From Candidatus Wildermuthbacteria bacterium (GTDB taxonomy: Bacteria; Patescibacteriota; Minisyncoccia; Minisyncoccales; UBA10102): a stretch of DNA of 35,317 bases. Numbering within the stretch: the stretch's first letter is position 1; each line of letters begins with the position of its first letter. The notes below the pieces were generated by a model. The model made no database searches. It was not told the origin of the DNA and worked only from the letters and a program-made list of their open reading frames with translations. Of the stretch, positions 17,406-25,501 are shown in pieces. The translations under genes and the position numbers were made by a program. The DNA is taken from assembly GCA_016186115.1 (NCBI GenBank), contig JACPMK010000001.1:1-35317 (forward strand), given 5' to 3'.

Positions 17406-18509
17406 ATGTTTGATTTCCTTACTTTAAAACCCCAGGCATTCGGACTTGATATATCGGATCTTTCGATTAAAGTAGCGCGACTCAAAAAGAGAGGGGGCCG
17501 GTATCGTCTTGCTTCGTTTGGAGAATTTCCATTGCAGCAAGGCATTATTGAGAATGGCGAAATAAAAAAAGAAGAAGCGCTTATCGATATTCTTGGGAAT
17601 CTTCAGAAGCATACCAAGGGAACGCGATTGGACACTGCTTATGTTATTGCTTCTCTTCCGGAAGAGAAAGCATTTCTTCAGGTGATTCAGCTGCCCTTGA
17701 TGAAGAAAGAAGAATTGAAGCAAGCCGTGCTGGTGGAGGCAGAAAATTACATCCCCTATTCAGTGGAGACCGTTTACATTGATTATGCGTTGCTTCCTCT
17801 GGCGCCCAATAATTCCAATCATCTTGATGTGCTTTTGGCGTCTCTGCCGCGGGAAATCGTGGATTCGTATGTTGCCGCACTGCGCAAGGCGCGTCTTACT
17901 CCTCTCGCATTTGAGATTGAGTCCCTTGCTATTGCCAGAGCCCTTATTAAAAAAGAGACAATCCCGTACCCTTATTTATTGATTGATGTCGGCGCAACAA
18001 GGGCAAGTTTTAGTGTGTTCGCCGGTTCCAGTTTGAAATTCACTTCTTCGATTCCAATTTCTGCTGTTCAGTTCACGAGAGCAATTGCAAAATCCTTTGC
18101 CGTTGATGAAAAAGAAGCAGAAGAGATCAAAAAGCGCTATGGTCTTTCCGCAAAAGATCATCCTGATGGAAAAAGGGTTTTCGATGCTTTGGTTCCGGTG
18201 CTTACCGATTTGGTTGAGCAGATGGAAAAATATATCGACTATTACGAGTCGCATGCGAAAAACGGATATTCCTCCGTTAAGGAGGGCAAGATTAAAAAAG
18301 TGCTTTTGTGCGGAGGAGGAGCTGTGCTGCGCGGATTCCCCGAGTTTCTCTCCCAGCAACTGCGAATTGATGTTGAACTCGGCAACCCCTGGGCAAATAT
18401 TCTGCCCGAAGTTACCAGAGAAGTGCCCCAGATCCCCTATGAGGAATCCCTCCGCTACGTGACGGCACTGGGGCTTGCTATCCGCGGAGTGCAATCATCA
18501 AGAGAATAA
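17406..18509 (+). CDS. pilM: Type IV pilus assembly protein PilM
   Basis: FGLDISD, EAENYIPY, IDVGA, LCGGGA, ALGLAIR. Confidence 0.92.
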   Translation: MFDFLTLKPQAFGLDISDLSIKVARLKKRGGRYRLASFGEFPLQQGIIENGEIKKEEALIDILGNLQKHTKGTRLDTAYVIASLPEEKAFLQVIQLPLMKKEELKQAVLVEAENYIPYSVETVYIDYALLPLAPNNSNHLDVLLASLPREIVDSYVAALRKARLTPLAFEIESLAIARALIKKETIPYPYLLIDVGATRASFSVFAGSSLKFTSSIPISAVQFTRAIAKSFAVDEKEAEEIKKRYGLSAKDHPDGKRVFDALVPVLTDLVEQMEKYIDYYESHAKNGYSSVKEGKIKKVLLCGGGAVLRGFPEFLSQQLRIDVELGNPWANILPEVTREVPQIPYEESLRYVTALGLAIRGVQSSRE

Positions 18510-18513
18510 TTTC

Positions 18514-19071
18514 ATGATCAACCTCCTTCCCCCTTCATATAAAGAAGAACTGCAGAGAGAAGAGCAGTTTCGAATTTTTGCGACGATCGCAATCGCTCTT
18601 ATTTGCGGTCTTCTTTCCTTTGCGCTTATTCTTCTTTCCATCCGCATCTACGCGAGAGGCGTGGTATCGAATGAAACATTTCAAATTTCTTCCATGAAAA
18701 CCATAAGCAAAGAAGGGGAGCAAATCAAAGAAGAGATCAAAAATCGCAATGCAACCCTCTCTGGGCTTACTTCGTTTTATGACCACAACACATCTGCATA
18801 CTCGCTTATGAAAGAAATTGAGGCAACGCTTCCCTCTGATGTTGCGCTTACATCTTTTTCCTTTTCCTCCTCTGCGACAAAGGAAAAGGAAGTGCAGTGG
18901 CGTATTGCGCTTGCAGGAATTGCGCCCACCAGAGAAAGCATCCACGTGGTGCAGGAAAATTTGAAAAAGAACCCAAATTTCGCAAAGGTTTCTTTTCCTT
19001 CCACCACATGGACGGGTCCTGCAACGAATGTCGCTTTTAATGTTACGTTTGAGGCAAAGCCAATTCGTTAG
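18514..19071 (+). CDS. pilN: PilN-like protein
   Basis: MINLLPP motif, one TM helix, follows pilM. Confidence 0.82.
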   Translation: MINLLPPSYKEELQREEQFRIFATIAIALICGLLSFALILLSIRIYARGVVSNETFQISSMKTISKEGEQIKEEIKNRNATLSGLTSFYDHNTSAYSLMKEIEATLPSDVALTSFSFSSSATKEKEVQWRIALAGIAPTRESIHVVQENLKKNPNFAKVSFPSTTWTGPATNVAFNVTFEAKPIR

Positions 19072-19086
19072 AATACATTTTTATTT

Positions 19087-19665
19087 ATGTTTCAAAGGAG
19101 AAGATTTATTGTCACCATTGGGATTGTTTGCATGATGGTGCTTGGCATTGGGGTTGTGATAGTCATGCAGGTGAAAAATGGGATTTTCCAGAGCGCACAA
19201 GAGCTGCGTACGATGAGAGTTGAAGCCGCAAAGCTTGAGATGGAGAGAAAAGACATCGAGCGCTATCGTTCTTTTGTATTGCAGAAAGGTTCTGAATGGC
19301 AGTCCGTCAATGCCCTTTTTGTCAATGCGGAAACGCCGATTGATTTTGTGGAATTTCTTGAAGAAGTTGCCGGCAAATCGGGAGCTGTTTTTTCTATTAA
19401 TCCCGGCGAAAGAAGAGCCGAAGAGGGCGAACGCTGGCCCTTCATGAGATTTCAAATTTCTTCTTCCTCTTCGTATCTGGAATTTCTTAAGATTCTTTAC
19501 GAGCTCGAAAATTCTCCCTATTTGATAACTGTAGAGGGCGTAACGGTAAACAATAGCCGTCTTCTTCCGCAGCAAGGTCAACCTTCCGGCATAGCCAAGA
19601 ACTTACCGCAAAATCCGGAGGGCATTGTTGATTTTTCTATCAGTTTTAAAGTATACGTACGATGA
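19087..19665 (+). CDS. pilO: PilO-like protein
   Basis: TM helix, coiled coil, FLKILYELENSPYLITV; follows pilN. Confidence 0.72.
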   Translation: MFQRRRFIVTIGIVCMMVLGIGVVIVMQVKNGIFQSAQELRTMRVEAAKLEMERKDIERYRSFVLQKGSEWQSVNALFVNAETPIDFVEFLEEVAGKSGAVFSINPGERRAEEGERWPFMRFQISSSSSYLEFLKILYELENSPYLITVEGVTVNNSRLLPQQGQPSGIAKNLPQNPEGIVDFSISFKVYVR

Positions 19666-19964
19666 AATCTCGATCTTCTTTTCGCGCCGTTGGATCCGTT
19701 GTTTCCAAAGCCCCGCGTTTCTTGGCAGAACACGCATTTTTCTTTTATCTCTTTCTGATCTTGGCTTTTTGCATTTTTGCGACTTTCCTTTTCTATTTTT
19801 ACGTCTGGATCCCGCAGCGCGAGCAGCCGAAAAATATTCGCAGCAATACGCAATTCTATCAGAATGTTTTTGAACGCGTGCAGCAAATTCGCCAAGATCG
19901 CGCGAAAAATTTTCAAGACGCAGATACTTTTCATCCCCGCAATCTCTTTCGCTACCCCATGTAG
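19662..19964 (+). CDS. Small membrane protein ending the pilus operon
   Basis: ATGA coupling to pilO; one TM helix; PRNLF near the C-terminus. Confidence 0.65.
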   Translation: MKSRSSFRAVGSVVSKAPRFLAEHAFFFYLFLILAFCIFATFLFYFYVWIPQREQPKNIRSNTQFYQNVFERVQQIRQDRAKNFQDADTFHPRNLFRYPM

Positions 19965-20038
19965 GATCTCTCTTTTCAGAGCTTGCGCATACGCGACTTT
20001 TTCTGTATTATTGGATGGGAGTTCTGCCCGTTCAGCGC

Positions 20039-20110
20039 GCCCCTATAGCTCAATGGATCGAGCACGGGCCTTCTAAGCCTGGGATGTAGGTTCGACTCCT
20101 ACTAGGGGCA
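20039..20110 (+). tRNA. tRNA-Arg(TCT)
   Basis: CGGGC-CT-TCT-AA-GCCTG. Confidence 0.93.
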
Positions 20111-20126
20111 CCCTGCCTACTTGGAT

Positions 20127-20198
20127 GGAGGTATTGGTGTAGTGGCAGCACAAGGGTCTGTGGAGCCCTTAGGAGGGGTTCAAATCCCCTATACCTCC
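20127..20198 (+). tRNA. tRNA-His(GTG) with G-1:C73
   Basis: AGGGT-CT-GTG-GA-GCCCT. Confidence 0.92.
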
Positions 20199-20218
20199 CT
20201 GTCAGCAGGTGTACAATA

Positions 20219-20253
20219 AATCAAAAACCCGCTACGTACAGCGGATTTTTGAT
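20219..20253. terminator. Probable bidirectional terminator
   Basis: ATCAAAAACCCGCT...AGCGGATTTTTGAT between convergent tRNA-His and the acidic ORF. Confidence 0.6.
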
Positions 20254-20266
20254 AATGATTCAGAGT

Positions 20267-20437
20267 TTATTCTTCTTCGGTTTCAGGTTCTTCTGCTGGA
20301 GATTCAACAGTTTCTGCTGCCTCCTCCTCTTCTTCTTCCGGGACTTCATCAAATTTTTCGGTTTCGCCGTCATCAGCGCCGAATGTATCGTCATCGAAGC
20401 CGATGAATGGATTGAGCCGAATATCTTCAAATGTCAT
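20267..20437 (-). CDS. Very acidic 56-aa hypothetical protein
   Basis: 25 of 56 residues are D/E; consensus promoter upstream and terminator downstream. Confidence 0.65.
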   Translation of the reverse strand: MTFEDIRLNPFIGFDDDTFGADDGETEKFDEVPEEEEEEAAETVESPAEEPETEEE

Positions 20438-20509
20438 GATGTTTGATGTCGATATAATTGTGAGTGCCAAATGGTTGAAATTTGGACGCTCGACCTTTGC
20501 ATACGCCCT

Positions 20510-20537
20510 ATTATAAAAATCCAAGCATTGTTGTCAA
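20510..20537 (-). promoter_or_regulatory. Consensus sigma70 promoter
   Basis: Minus strand TTGACA-16 bp-TATAAT. Confidence 0.75.
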
Positions 20538-20687
20538 CCCCTGCGGCGAAAGTTTTCCCCAGAATATTTTTTAAAAAGCAAATTATTGCAGATTCTCTCC
20601 TTTTGTGGTATTTTATAAAGGTATAGTTTTCCTCTTTGGGGCTTACTATGAGCTTGTGTGCGATGAGCTTGTTGAATCCGATGGAGA

Positions 20688-20759
20688 GCTCCTGTAGTTC
20701 AACGGATAGAACAGAGGACTCCTAAGCCTCTAATGTAGGTTCAATTCCTGCCAGGAGCA
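20688..20759 (+). tRNA. tRNA-Arg(CCT)
   Basis: GAGGA-CT-CCT-AA-GCCTC. Confidence 0.92.
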
Positions 20760-20772
20760 CCGAGAGTATATC

Positions 20773-20843
20773 GGGCCCGTAGTATACCGGCAACACGCCT
20801 CCATGGCATGGAGGAGTAAGGGGTTCAATTCCCCTCGGGTCCA
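20773..20843 (+). tRNA. tRNA-Ala(GGC)
   Basis: CCTCC-AT-GGC-AT-GGAGG; G3:U70. Confidence 0.93.
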
Positions 20844-20890
20844 CTCGTGGCAAGCCATCCTAGGCGAATCGAGTGGAGGCGCGAAAAGAA

Positions 20891-20973
20891 GGAGGGTTGC
20901 GCCGAATGGTAAGGCACTGGTTTCGAAAACCAGCGGGTGAAAACCCTTGCAGGTTCGAGTCCTGCACCCTCCG
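20891..20973 (+). tRNA. tRNA-Ser(CGA)
   Basis: CTGGT-TT-CGA-AA-ACCAG; long variable arm. Confidence 0.93.
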
Positions 20974-20993
20974 CAGCGTACTACTTTCTTTCT

Positions 20994-21392
20994 ATGAAAT
21001 TCTTTTTCCAAAAATCAAAAAAATCCATTGGTTCCTTCGGGGAAGTCGAAAAGCAGATTGAAGAAATCCAGACAAGGATCGACGAACTTTCGCATTCCCT
21101 TGAGGAGTTAAGTAGCCAGATGAAAAAAGCAATCAGCAGAATTGCGGTGATCCGATTTAATCCTTTTCGCGAAGTGGGGGGAGATCAAAGTTTTACTATA
21201 AGTTTTCTGGATGAGGAGAATAATGGGGTTGTTGTTACGAGTCATTACCTTCACGACTCCACGCGGGTCTACGCAAAGTCCATCAAAAATGGAACATCGG
21301 AATACTCGCTTTCTGAAGAAGAAAAGCAGGCGATTGAAAAAGCCCATTCTTCGAAACCCGAAACGAAGAATTCAAGATCTGTTGCGGTATGA
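20994..21392 (+). CDS. DUF4446-like protein
   Basis: RFNPFREVGGDQSF...NGVVVTS...RVYAK...LSEEE. Confidence 0.75.
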   Translation: MKFFFQKSKKSIGSFGEVEKQIEEIQTRIDELSHSLEELSSQMKKAISRIAVIRFNPFREVGGDQSFTISFLDEENNGVVVTSHYLHDSTRVYAKSIKNGTSEYSLSEEEKQAIEKAHSSKPETKNSRSVAV

Positions 21393-22894
21393 GAGCGCGG
21401 GAAAAAGTTTCCGAAACAAGACCTCCTATTATTGTCGTAATGGGTCATGTTGATCACGGGAAATCTTCGTTGCTCGAAGCAATTCGAGAGGATTTCCGTA
21501 TCACCTCTCGCGAGTCAGGAGGCATCACGCAGCACATCGGAGCATATCAGGCAGAGTATCAAGGCAAGGCACTCACGTTTATTGACACCCCGGGACACGA
21601 GGCGTTTTCTGCGATGCGTTCAAGAGGCGCAAGGGTGGCGGATATCGCAATTCTGGTGGTTGCCGCGGACGAAGGAGTAAAACCCCAAACCGAGGAAGCC
21701 ATTGAACAAATCAAAAAAGCAGGGATTCCTTTTGTTGTAGCATTGAATAAAATTGATAAGCCCGGAGCAAATCCCGACAAAACAAAAATGGAGCTGGCGC
21801 AGCGCGAGATTCTGGTTGAGACATTGGGGGGAAAAGTTCCGAGCGTTGCAACGTCGGCTATCACAAAGAAGGGTATCCCGGAACTTCTTGAGCTTTTGCT
21901 TTTGATTGCAGAAATGGAAGGGCTTAAGGCCGATCCTGAAAAGTTGGGAGAGGGCATTGTGATTGAGTCCACCGTGAACAGCAAACGCGGCACAGCAGCT
22001 ACGCTTTTGATCCGTGACGGGAGTTTGGAGGTCGGCAATGGCGTTGCGACGCCTTCCACGTTTGGCAAAATTCGCGCAGTCGAAGATTTTCAGGGCAACG
22101 CGATTCGCAAAGCAGGTCCCTCTGCTCCTGTTGTGGTGATTGGTTTGGAGGGGTTCCCGAAAGTCGGAGAAGAATTCCATGTGTTCGAGAATTTGGATGA
22201 AGCGAAACAATTTACTTTTTCTCATCAGGAAAAGATAGCGGAAAAAGCGAACGAGAAAGCGTCTCAAGAGGACGAGGGAAAACCATCTATTGTCCTCGTA
22301 CTGAAAGCAGACGTTGCTGGTTCCCTTGAGGCCCTAGAGAACGTGATTAGTTCTATTCCGCAGGATAAGGTGAAGATTGATATCGTGAAGAGAGCGGTTG
22401 GTGATATGAACGAAGATGATGTAAAATTCGCACAAAGTGCGGGAGCCCGGATTCTTGGCTTTCGCACAAAGATCGAAAAGGGAGCAAAAGAATTCGCAGA
22501 GAGAACAGGAGTTTCTGTGGCTCTATTCGATGTGATCTATGAAGTGGTGGAAAAATTGCGAAAGAGTATGGAAAAAATTATTGTGCCAGAGATTGTCAGG
22601 GTTGAGAAGGGAAGAGCCCGCATTTTGGCGGTATTCGGTAAAGAGAAAAATCGGCAGATCATTGGCGGGAGGGTTGTTGAAGGAGAAATGCGCAAGGGCG
22701 CAACCGTGGAAGTTGTAAGGCAAGAAACAAAGCAGGGGGAGGGAAAGATCGTAAATCTTCAGCGCAATAAACAGGATGTGCCGAGCGCAACCAAGGGTTT
22801 TGAGGTTGGGATGCTGTTTGAGTCGGCTGTACAGGTTCAGCCCGAAGACGTGCTTACCTTCTCTGTCGAGGAAGAAGTGAAGGGGGAATTGTAA
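21389..22894 (+). CDS. infB: Translation initiation factor IF-2 (no N-terminal domain)
   Basis: RPPIIVVMGHVDHGKS, GGITQHIGAY, DTPGHEAFSAMRSRGA, NKID. Confidence 0.97.
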   Translation: MRAREKVSETRPPIIVVMGHVDHGKSSLLEAIREDFRITSRESGGITQHIGAYQAEYQGKALTFIDTPGHEAFSAMRSRGARVADIAILVVAADEGVKPQTEEAIEQIKKAGIPFVVALNKIDKPGANPDKTKMELAQREILVETLGGKVPSVATSAITKKGIPELLELLLLIAEMEGLKADPEKLGEGIVIESTVNSKRGTAATLLIRDGSLEVGNGVATPSTFGKIRAVEDFQGNAIRKAGPSAPVVVIGLEGFPKVGEEFHVFENLDEAKQFTFSHQEKIAEKANEKASQEDEGKPSIVLVLKADVAGSLEALENVISSIPQDKVKIDIVKRAVGDMNEDDVKFAQSAGARILGFRTKIEKGAKEFAERTGVSVALFDVIYEVVEKLRKSMEKIIVPEIVRVEKGRARILAVFGKEKNRQIIGGRVVEGEMRKGATVEVVRQETKQGEGKIVNLQRNKQDVPSATKGFEVGMLFESAVQVQPEDVLTFSVEEEVKGEL

Positions 22895-22906
22895 TTCTAT
22901 GCGAAT

Positions 22907-23254
22907 ATGGCGAAAGAGCGAGTCCCTCGGGTGAATAATCTTGTCCAGAAAGTGCTTGGAGAAATTTTATTGCGCGAGTATGATTTTGGCAAACATATTC
23001 TTATTACCATTACAAGGGTTGAGGCGACTCCAAACTTGCAAGAAGCCAGAATTTATATTACGGTAATACCGGAGGAAAAACAGGGGCAGATATTGAAAAT
23101 TCTTTCCCGGAATGTATACCATATTCAGCAAGAGCTTAATGAGCGTCTCCGCATGAGGCCCGTCCCCCGCATCAAGTGGCTTATTGAGAAAGGAACAGCC
23201 CAAGCCCAGCGAGTGGAAGAGCTATTGGAAGAGATCAAAAGAAAGGAGCAGTAA
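22907..23254 (+). CDS. rbfA: Ribosome-binding factor A
   Basis: ITITRVE..PNLQEARIY, LRMRPVPRI; follows infB. Confidence 0.9.
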   Translation: MAKERVPRVNNLVQKVLGEILLREYDFGKHILITITRVEATPNLQEARIYITVIPEEKQGQILKILSRNVYHIQQELNERLRMRPVPRIKWLIEKGTAQAQRVEELLEEIKRKEQ

Positions 23255-23271
23255 AATTGGCAAAAGAGTTT

Positions 23272-23343
23272 GGCGTCGTGGCGAAGTGGCAACGCAGCGG
23301 TCTGCAAAACCGCTATACGTGGGTTCAATCCCCACCGACGCCT
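23272..23343 (+). tRNA. tRNA-Cys(GCA)
   Basis: GCGGT-CT-GCA-AA-ACCGC. Confidence 0.93.
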
Positions 23344-23361
23344 CTTGGGATTATTGAATGG

Positions 23362-23445
23362 GCCCGGGTGGCGGAATGGTATACGCGGAGGACTTAAAAT
23401 CCTCTGCCGCAGGGCTTGTGGGTCCGAGTCCCACCCCGGGCACCA
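23362..23445 (+). tRNA. tRNA-Leu(TAA), CCA encoded
   Basis: GAGGA-CT-TAA-AA-TCCTC; variable arm. Confidence 0.92.
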
Positions 23446-23452
23446 GAACCAT

Positions 23453-23480
23453 AAAAAGCACAAAGAGCTGTGCTTTTTTG
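23453..23480 (+). terminator. Intrinsic terminator after tRNA-Leu
   Basis: AAAAAGCACA-loop-TGTGCTTTTTT. Confidence 0.6.
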
Positions 23481-23559
23481 TTTGTGATAATTTTTGGGCT
23501 TGTGGTGCGTCTCCAAAAGATCAGAGAAAAGGTCGAAAGATAAAGTAATATTGTTGTGT

Positions 23560-23781
23560 ATGGATAATCAAACACGAATAGGTTTGGGAGTATTGGTTGT
23601 TAACATCCTGATCATAGGAAGTATTTTGGGGTATTTGATGGGTGCGAATAATGCGCTTGGCCGGTTGCTTGGGGAGGAAAGAATGGCGAGCATTGAGAAT
23701 GGTTTGAAGGGCACAACGGAGCAAGGCGCGGTTTCCGAGTCGCGTGATGAATGCGAGGATGCGCAATCAATGGGACGATGA
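23560..23781 (+). CDS. Small hypothetical membrane protein
   Basis: MDNQTRIGLGVLVVNILIIGSILGYLMG hydrophobic N-terminus. Confidence 0.55.
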   Translation: MDNQTRIGLGVLVVNILIIGSILGYLMGANNALGRLLGEERMASIENGLKGTTEQGAVSESRDECEDAQSMGR

Positions 23782-23900
23782 AATTGATACATTGATTTTG
23801 GCAACTTTGTTTATTTTTATTGCCGTCTGTAAGAATGGAAAGCAACAGTCGTCTTGTAAGATGTCACCCCTTTCGATAGCTTCGTTCTTTTACATCATAA

Positions 23901-23989
23901 TGTTTGGATTTGATGCGCCTTGAACTCATACGGCTCGAGGTCGACTCGTATGGGGAATTATTCGGGATAGCCGGTGCTTCAATCCAACA
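23901..23989 (+). ncRNA. Candidate structured RNA (long irregular hairpin)
   Basis: Nested pairings TTGGATT/AATCCAA, GCGCC/GGTGC, TTGAA/TTCGG, CTCATACG/CGTATGGG. Confidence 0.35.
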
Positions 23990-24022
23990 GAGAGCAGATA
24001 AGTAATAACTAATGTATTACTT

Positions 24023-24208
24023 ATGACAGAAGCAGGCAGAGAACGGCGAGGATTTGCCGCAATGGATCCGGAAAAACAGAGGAGAATTGCGAGCAAAGGA
24101 GGGAAGGCAGCTCATCAATCGGGTAGAGCGCACGAATTTACTTCCGAAGAAGCAGCTGAAGCTGGCCGGAAGGGCGGAAGGGCATCTGCGCGCAGCCGAA
24201 CGTCCTAA
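24023..24208 (+). CDS. KGG-repeat stress-induced protein (YciG/GsiB/Con-10-like)
   Basis: GFAAMDPEKQRRIASKGG...HEFTSEEAAEAGRKGG. Confidence 0.92.
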   Translation: MTEAGRERRGFAAMDPEKQRRIASKGGKAAHQSGRAHEFTSEEAAEAGRKGGRASARSRTS

Positions 24209-24228
24209 GAAGCTTGCGCGATCCTCGA

Positions 24229-24267
24229 AAACAAATTACGGGAGATTTAATCTCCCGTAATTTGTTT
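24229..24267. terminator. Bidirectional terminator, 17-bp perfect stem
   Basis: AAACAAATTACGGGAGA-TTTAA-TCTCCCGTAATTTGTTT between convergent genes. Confidence 0.8.
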
Positions 24268-24278
24268 GTATCAACCCT

Positions 24279-24773
24279 TTATCTTTCCAAAATTTCGATC
24301 GTACTTTTCTTCACGCCGAATTGGAGAGCTTGACCATAGCTTGGAAACCAGATATCGACTTGATCGCGCTTTCTCGGGTGCATACGGTCTTCTACAACGA
24401 AGACCCTTTCGCCATAAAGATCCGGAAGCTTAATCCTTGTTCCCAAGGGGAGCATGTTCGTCGCCACAATTCCATCCCTTACCATTGTCCCTGCGGCAGT
24501 AATAAACGGAGTATCATCAGTTTGTTCGGGCGTAGAGGAATAGGCAGTGACAAGAATATGAGACCGGGGGATGGCAAGTTTGGGCTTGTCGTGAGCAATC
24601 GTTGAGAGGAGGGAACTGGATCGGATTACGATCATTCCCTCCCCAATACTTGGGGGATCATCCGTTGTGGCGGTCAGCTCTTCATTTGCCCCGTTGCTTC
24701 CCAGCGTGGGGGTAACGGAGAGGGTGAGAACTACCACTCCAGCGATGACAATTTTACGTATAGGTATTCTCAT
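24279..24773 (-). CDS. Secreted 3D-domain (MltA-like) cell-wall protein
   Basis: Signal-like N-terminus; VTAYSS, LPLGTRI, VEDRM, VDIW. Confidence 0.85.
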   Translation of the reverse strand: MRIPIRKIVIAGVVVLTLSVTPTLGSNGANEELTATTDDPPSIGEGMIVIRSSSLLSTIAHDKPKLAIPRSHILVTAYSSTPEQTDDTPFITAAGTMVRDGIVATNMLPLGTRIKLPDLYGERVFVVEDRMHPRKRDQVDIWFPSYGQALQFGVKKSTIEILER

Positions 24774-24927
24774 AAAAAAATCCCATCATTAAAGGGATTA
24801 TTCTTGAGTATACATCAAACCAGAGCAAAAGTCAAGGGCTGGGAGCGGTAAAGCGATAGTCCTTTCTCTCGCCGGCAGAAGTCAATAATTGGTATGGTAG
24901 CATGGTTTTTCTCCACAATTTTCTCTT

Positions 24928-24955
24928 TTGACAATGATAGGTGGAATGATACAAT
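24928..24955 (+). promoter_or_regulatory. Sigma70 promoter for nrdR-nrdJ
   Basis: TTGACA-16 bp-TACAAT with extended -10. Confidence 0.7.
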
Positions 24956-24993
24956 TGGAATATTCCCCATTGGTATAGCACGTTCTCAACAGG

Positions 24994-25009
24994 ATACAAT
25001 ATATTGACA
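24994..25009 (+). promoter_or_regulatory. NrdR box
   Basis: ATA-CAATATATTG-ACA matches the core CwAtATaTwG, just upstream of nrdR. Confidence 0.7.
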
Positions 25010-25018
25010 TTTTCCCTT

Positions 25019-25468
25019 ATGCGTTGTCCTATTTGTCACCGCGAGTCGCGAGTCACCAATTCACGGATCGCAGATCAGGGGCGCGCAATCAAGCGGCGGA
25101 GAGTGTGCGTAGGATGCAGAAGGCGTTTTACTACCTATGAGAGAGCGGAATTGGTTGGCACAGAAGTGCTTAAAAGGGATGGGTCGCGGGAACCCTATTA
25201 TCGCCATAAGCTTGAGTTAGGTCTTCGCAAGGCCTTAGAAAAGCGACCCCTTACCGAAGCACAGTTCCAGAAGCTGATTTCCGCTATCGAGGGCGAGATT
25301 TTGAACCAAGAGAAGGAGCTTATCACTTCTGAAGAGATCGGACAGATTGCGCTTTCCCATCTTAAGTCCTTCGATAAGGTAGCGTATTTAAGATTTGCCT
25401 CTGTGTACAGAAACTTTCGCAGTCCGCACGCCTTTGAGCGGGAAATTGAAAAGCTTTCCCAAAAATAA
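25019..25468 (+). CDS. nrdR: Transcriptional repressor NrdR
   Basis: MRCPIC, KRRRVCVGCRRRFTTYE, ATP cone, VAYLRFASVY. Confidence 0.97.
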   Translation: MRCPICHRESRVTNSRIADQGRAIKRRRVCVGCRRRFTTYERAELVGTEVLKRDGSREPYYRHKLELGLRKALEKRPLTEAQFQKLISAIEGEILNQEKELITSEEIGQIALSHLKSFDKVAYLRFASVYRNFRSPHAFEREIEKLSQK

Positions 25469-25501
25469 ACGTCATCCATGTAATAGCAACTTCATTACCC
25501 T

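Noticed and set aside
20645-20877. Degenerate TGAGCTTGT..GAAT and CCACTCG..CGAGTGG REP-like remnants near tRNAs
   Set aside because: Too short and degenerate to delimit confidently.
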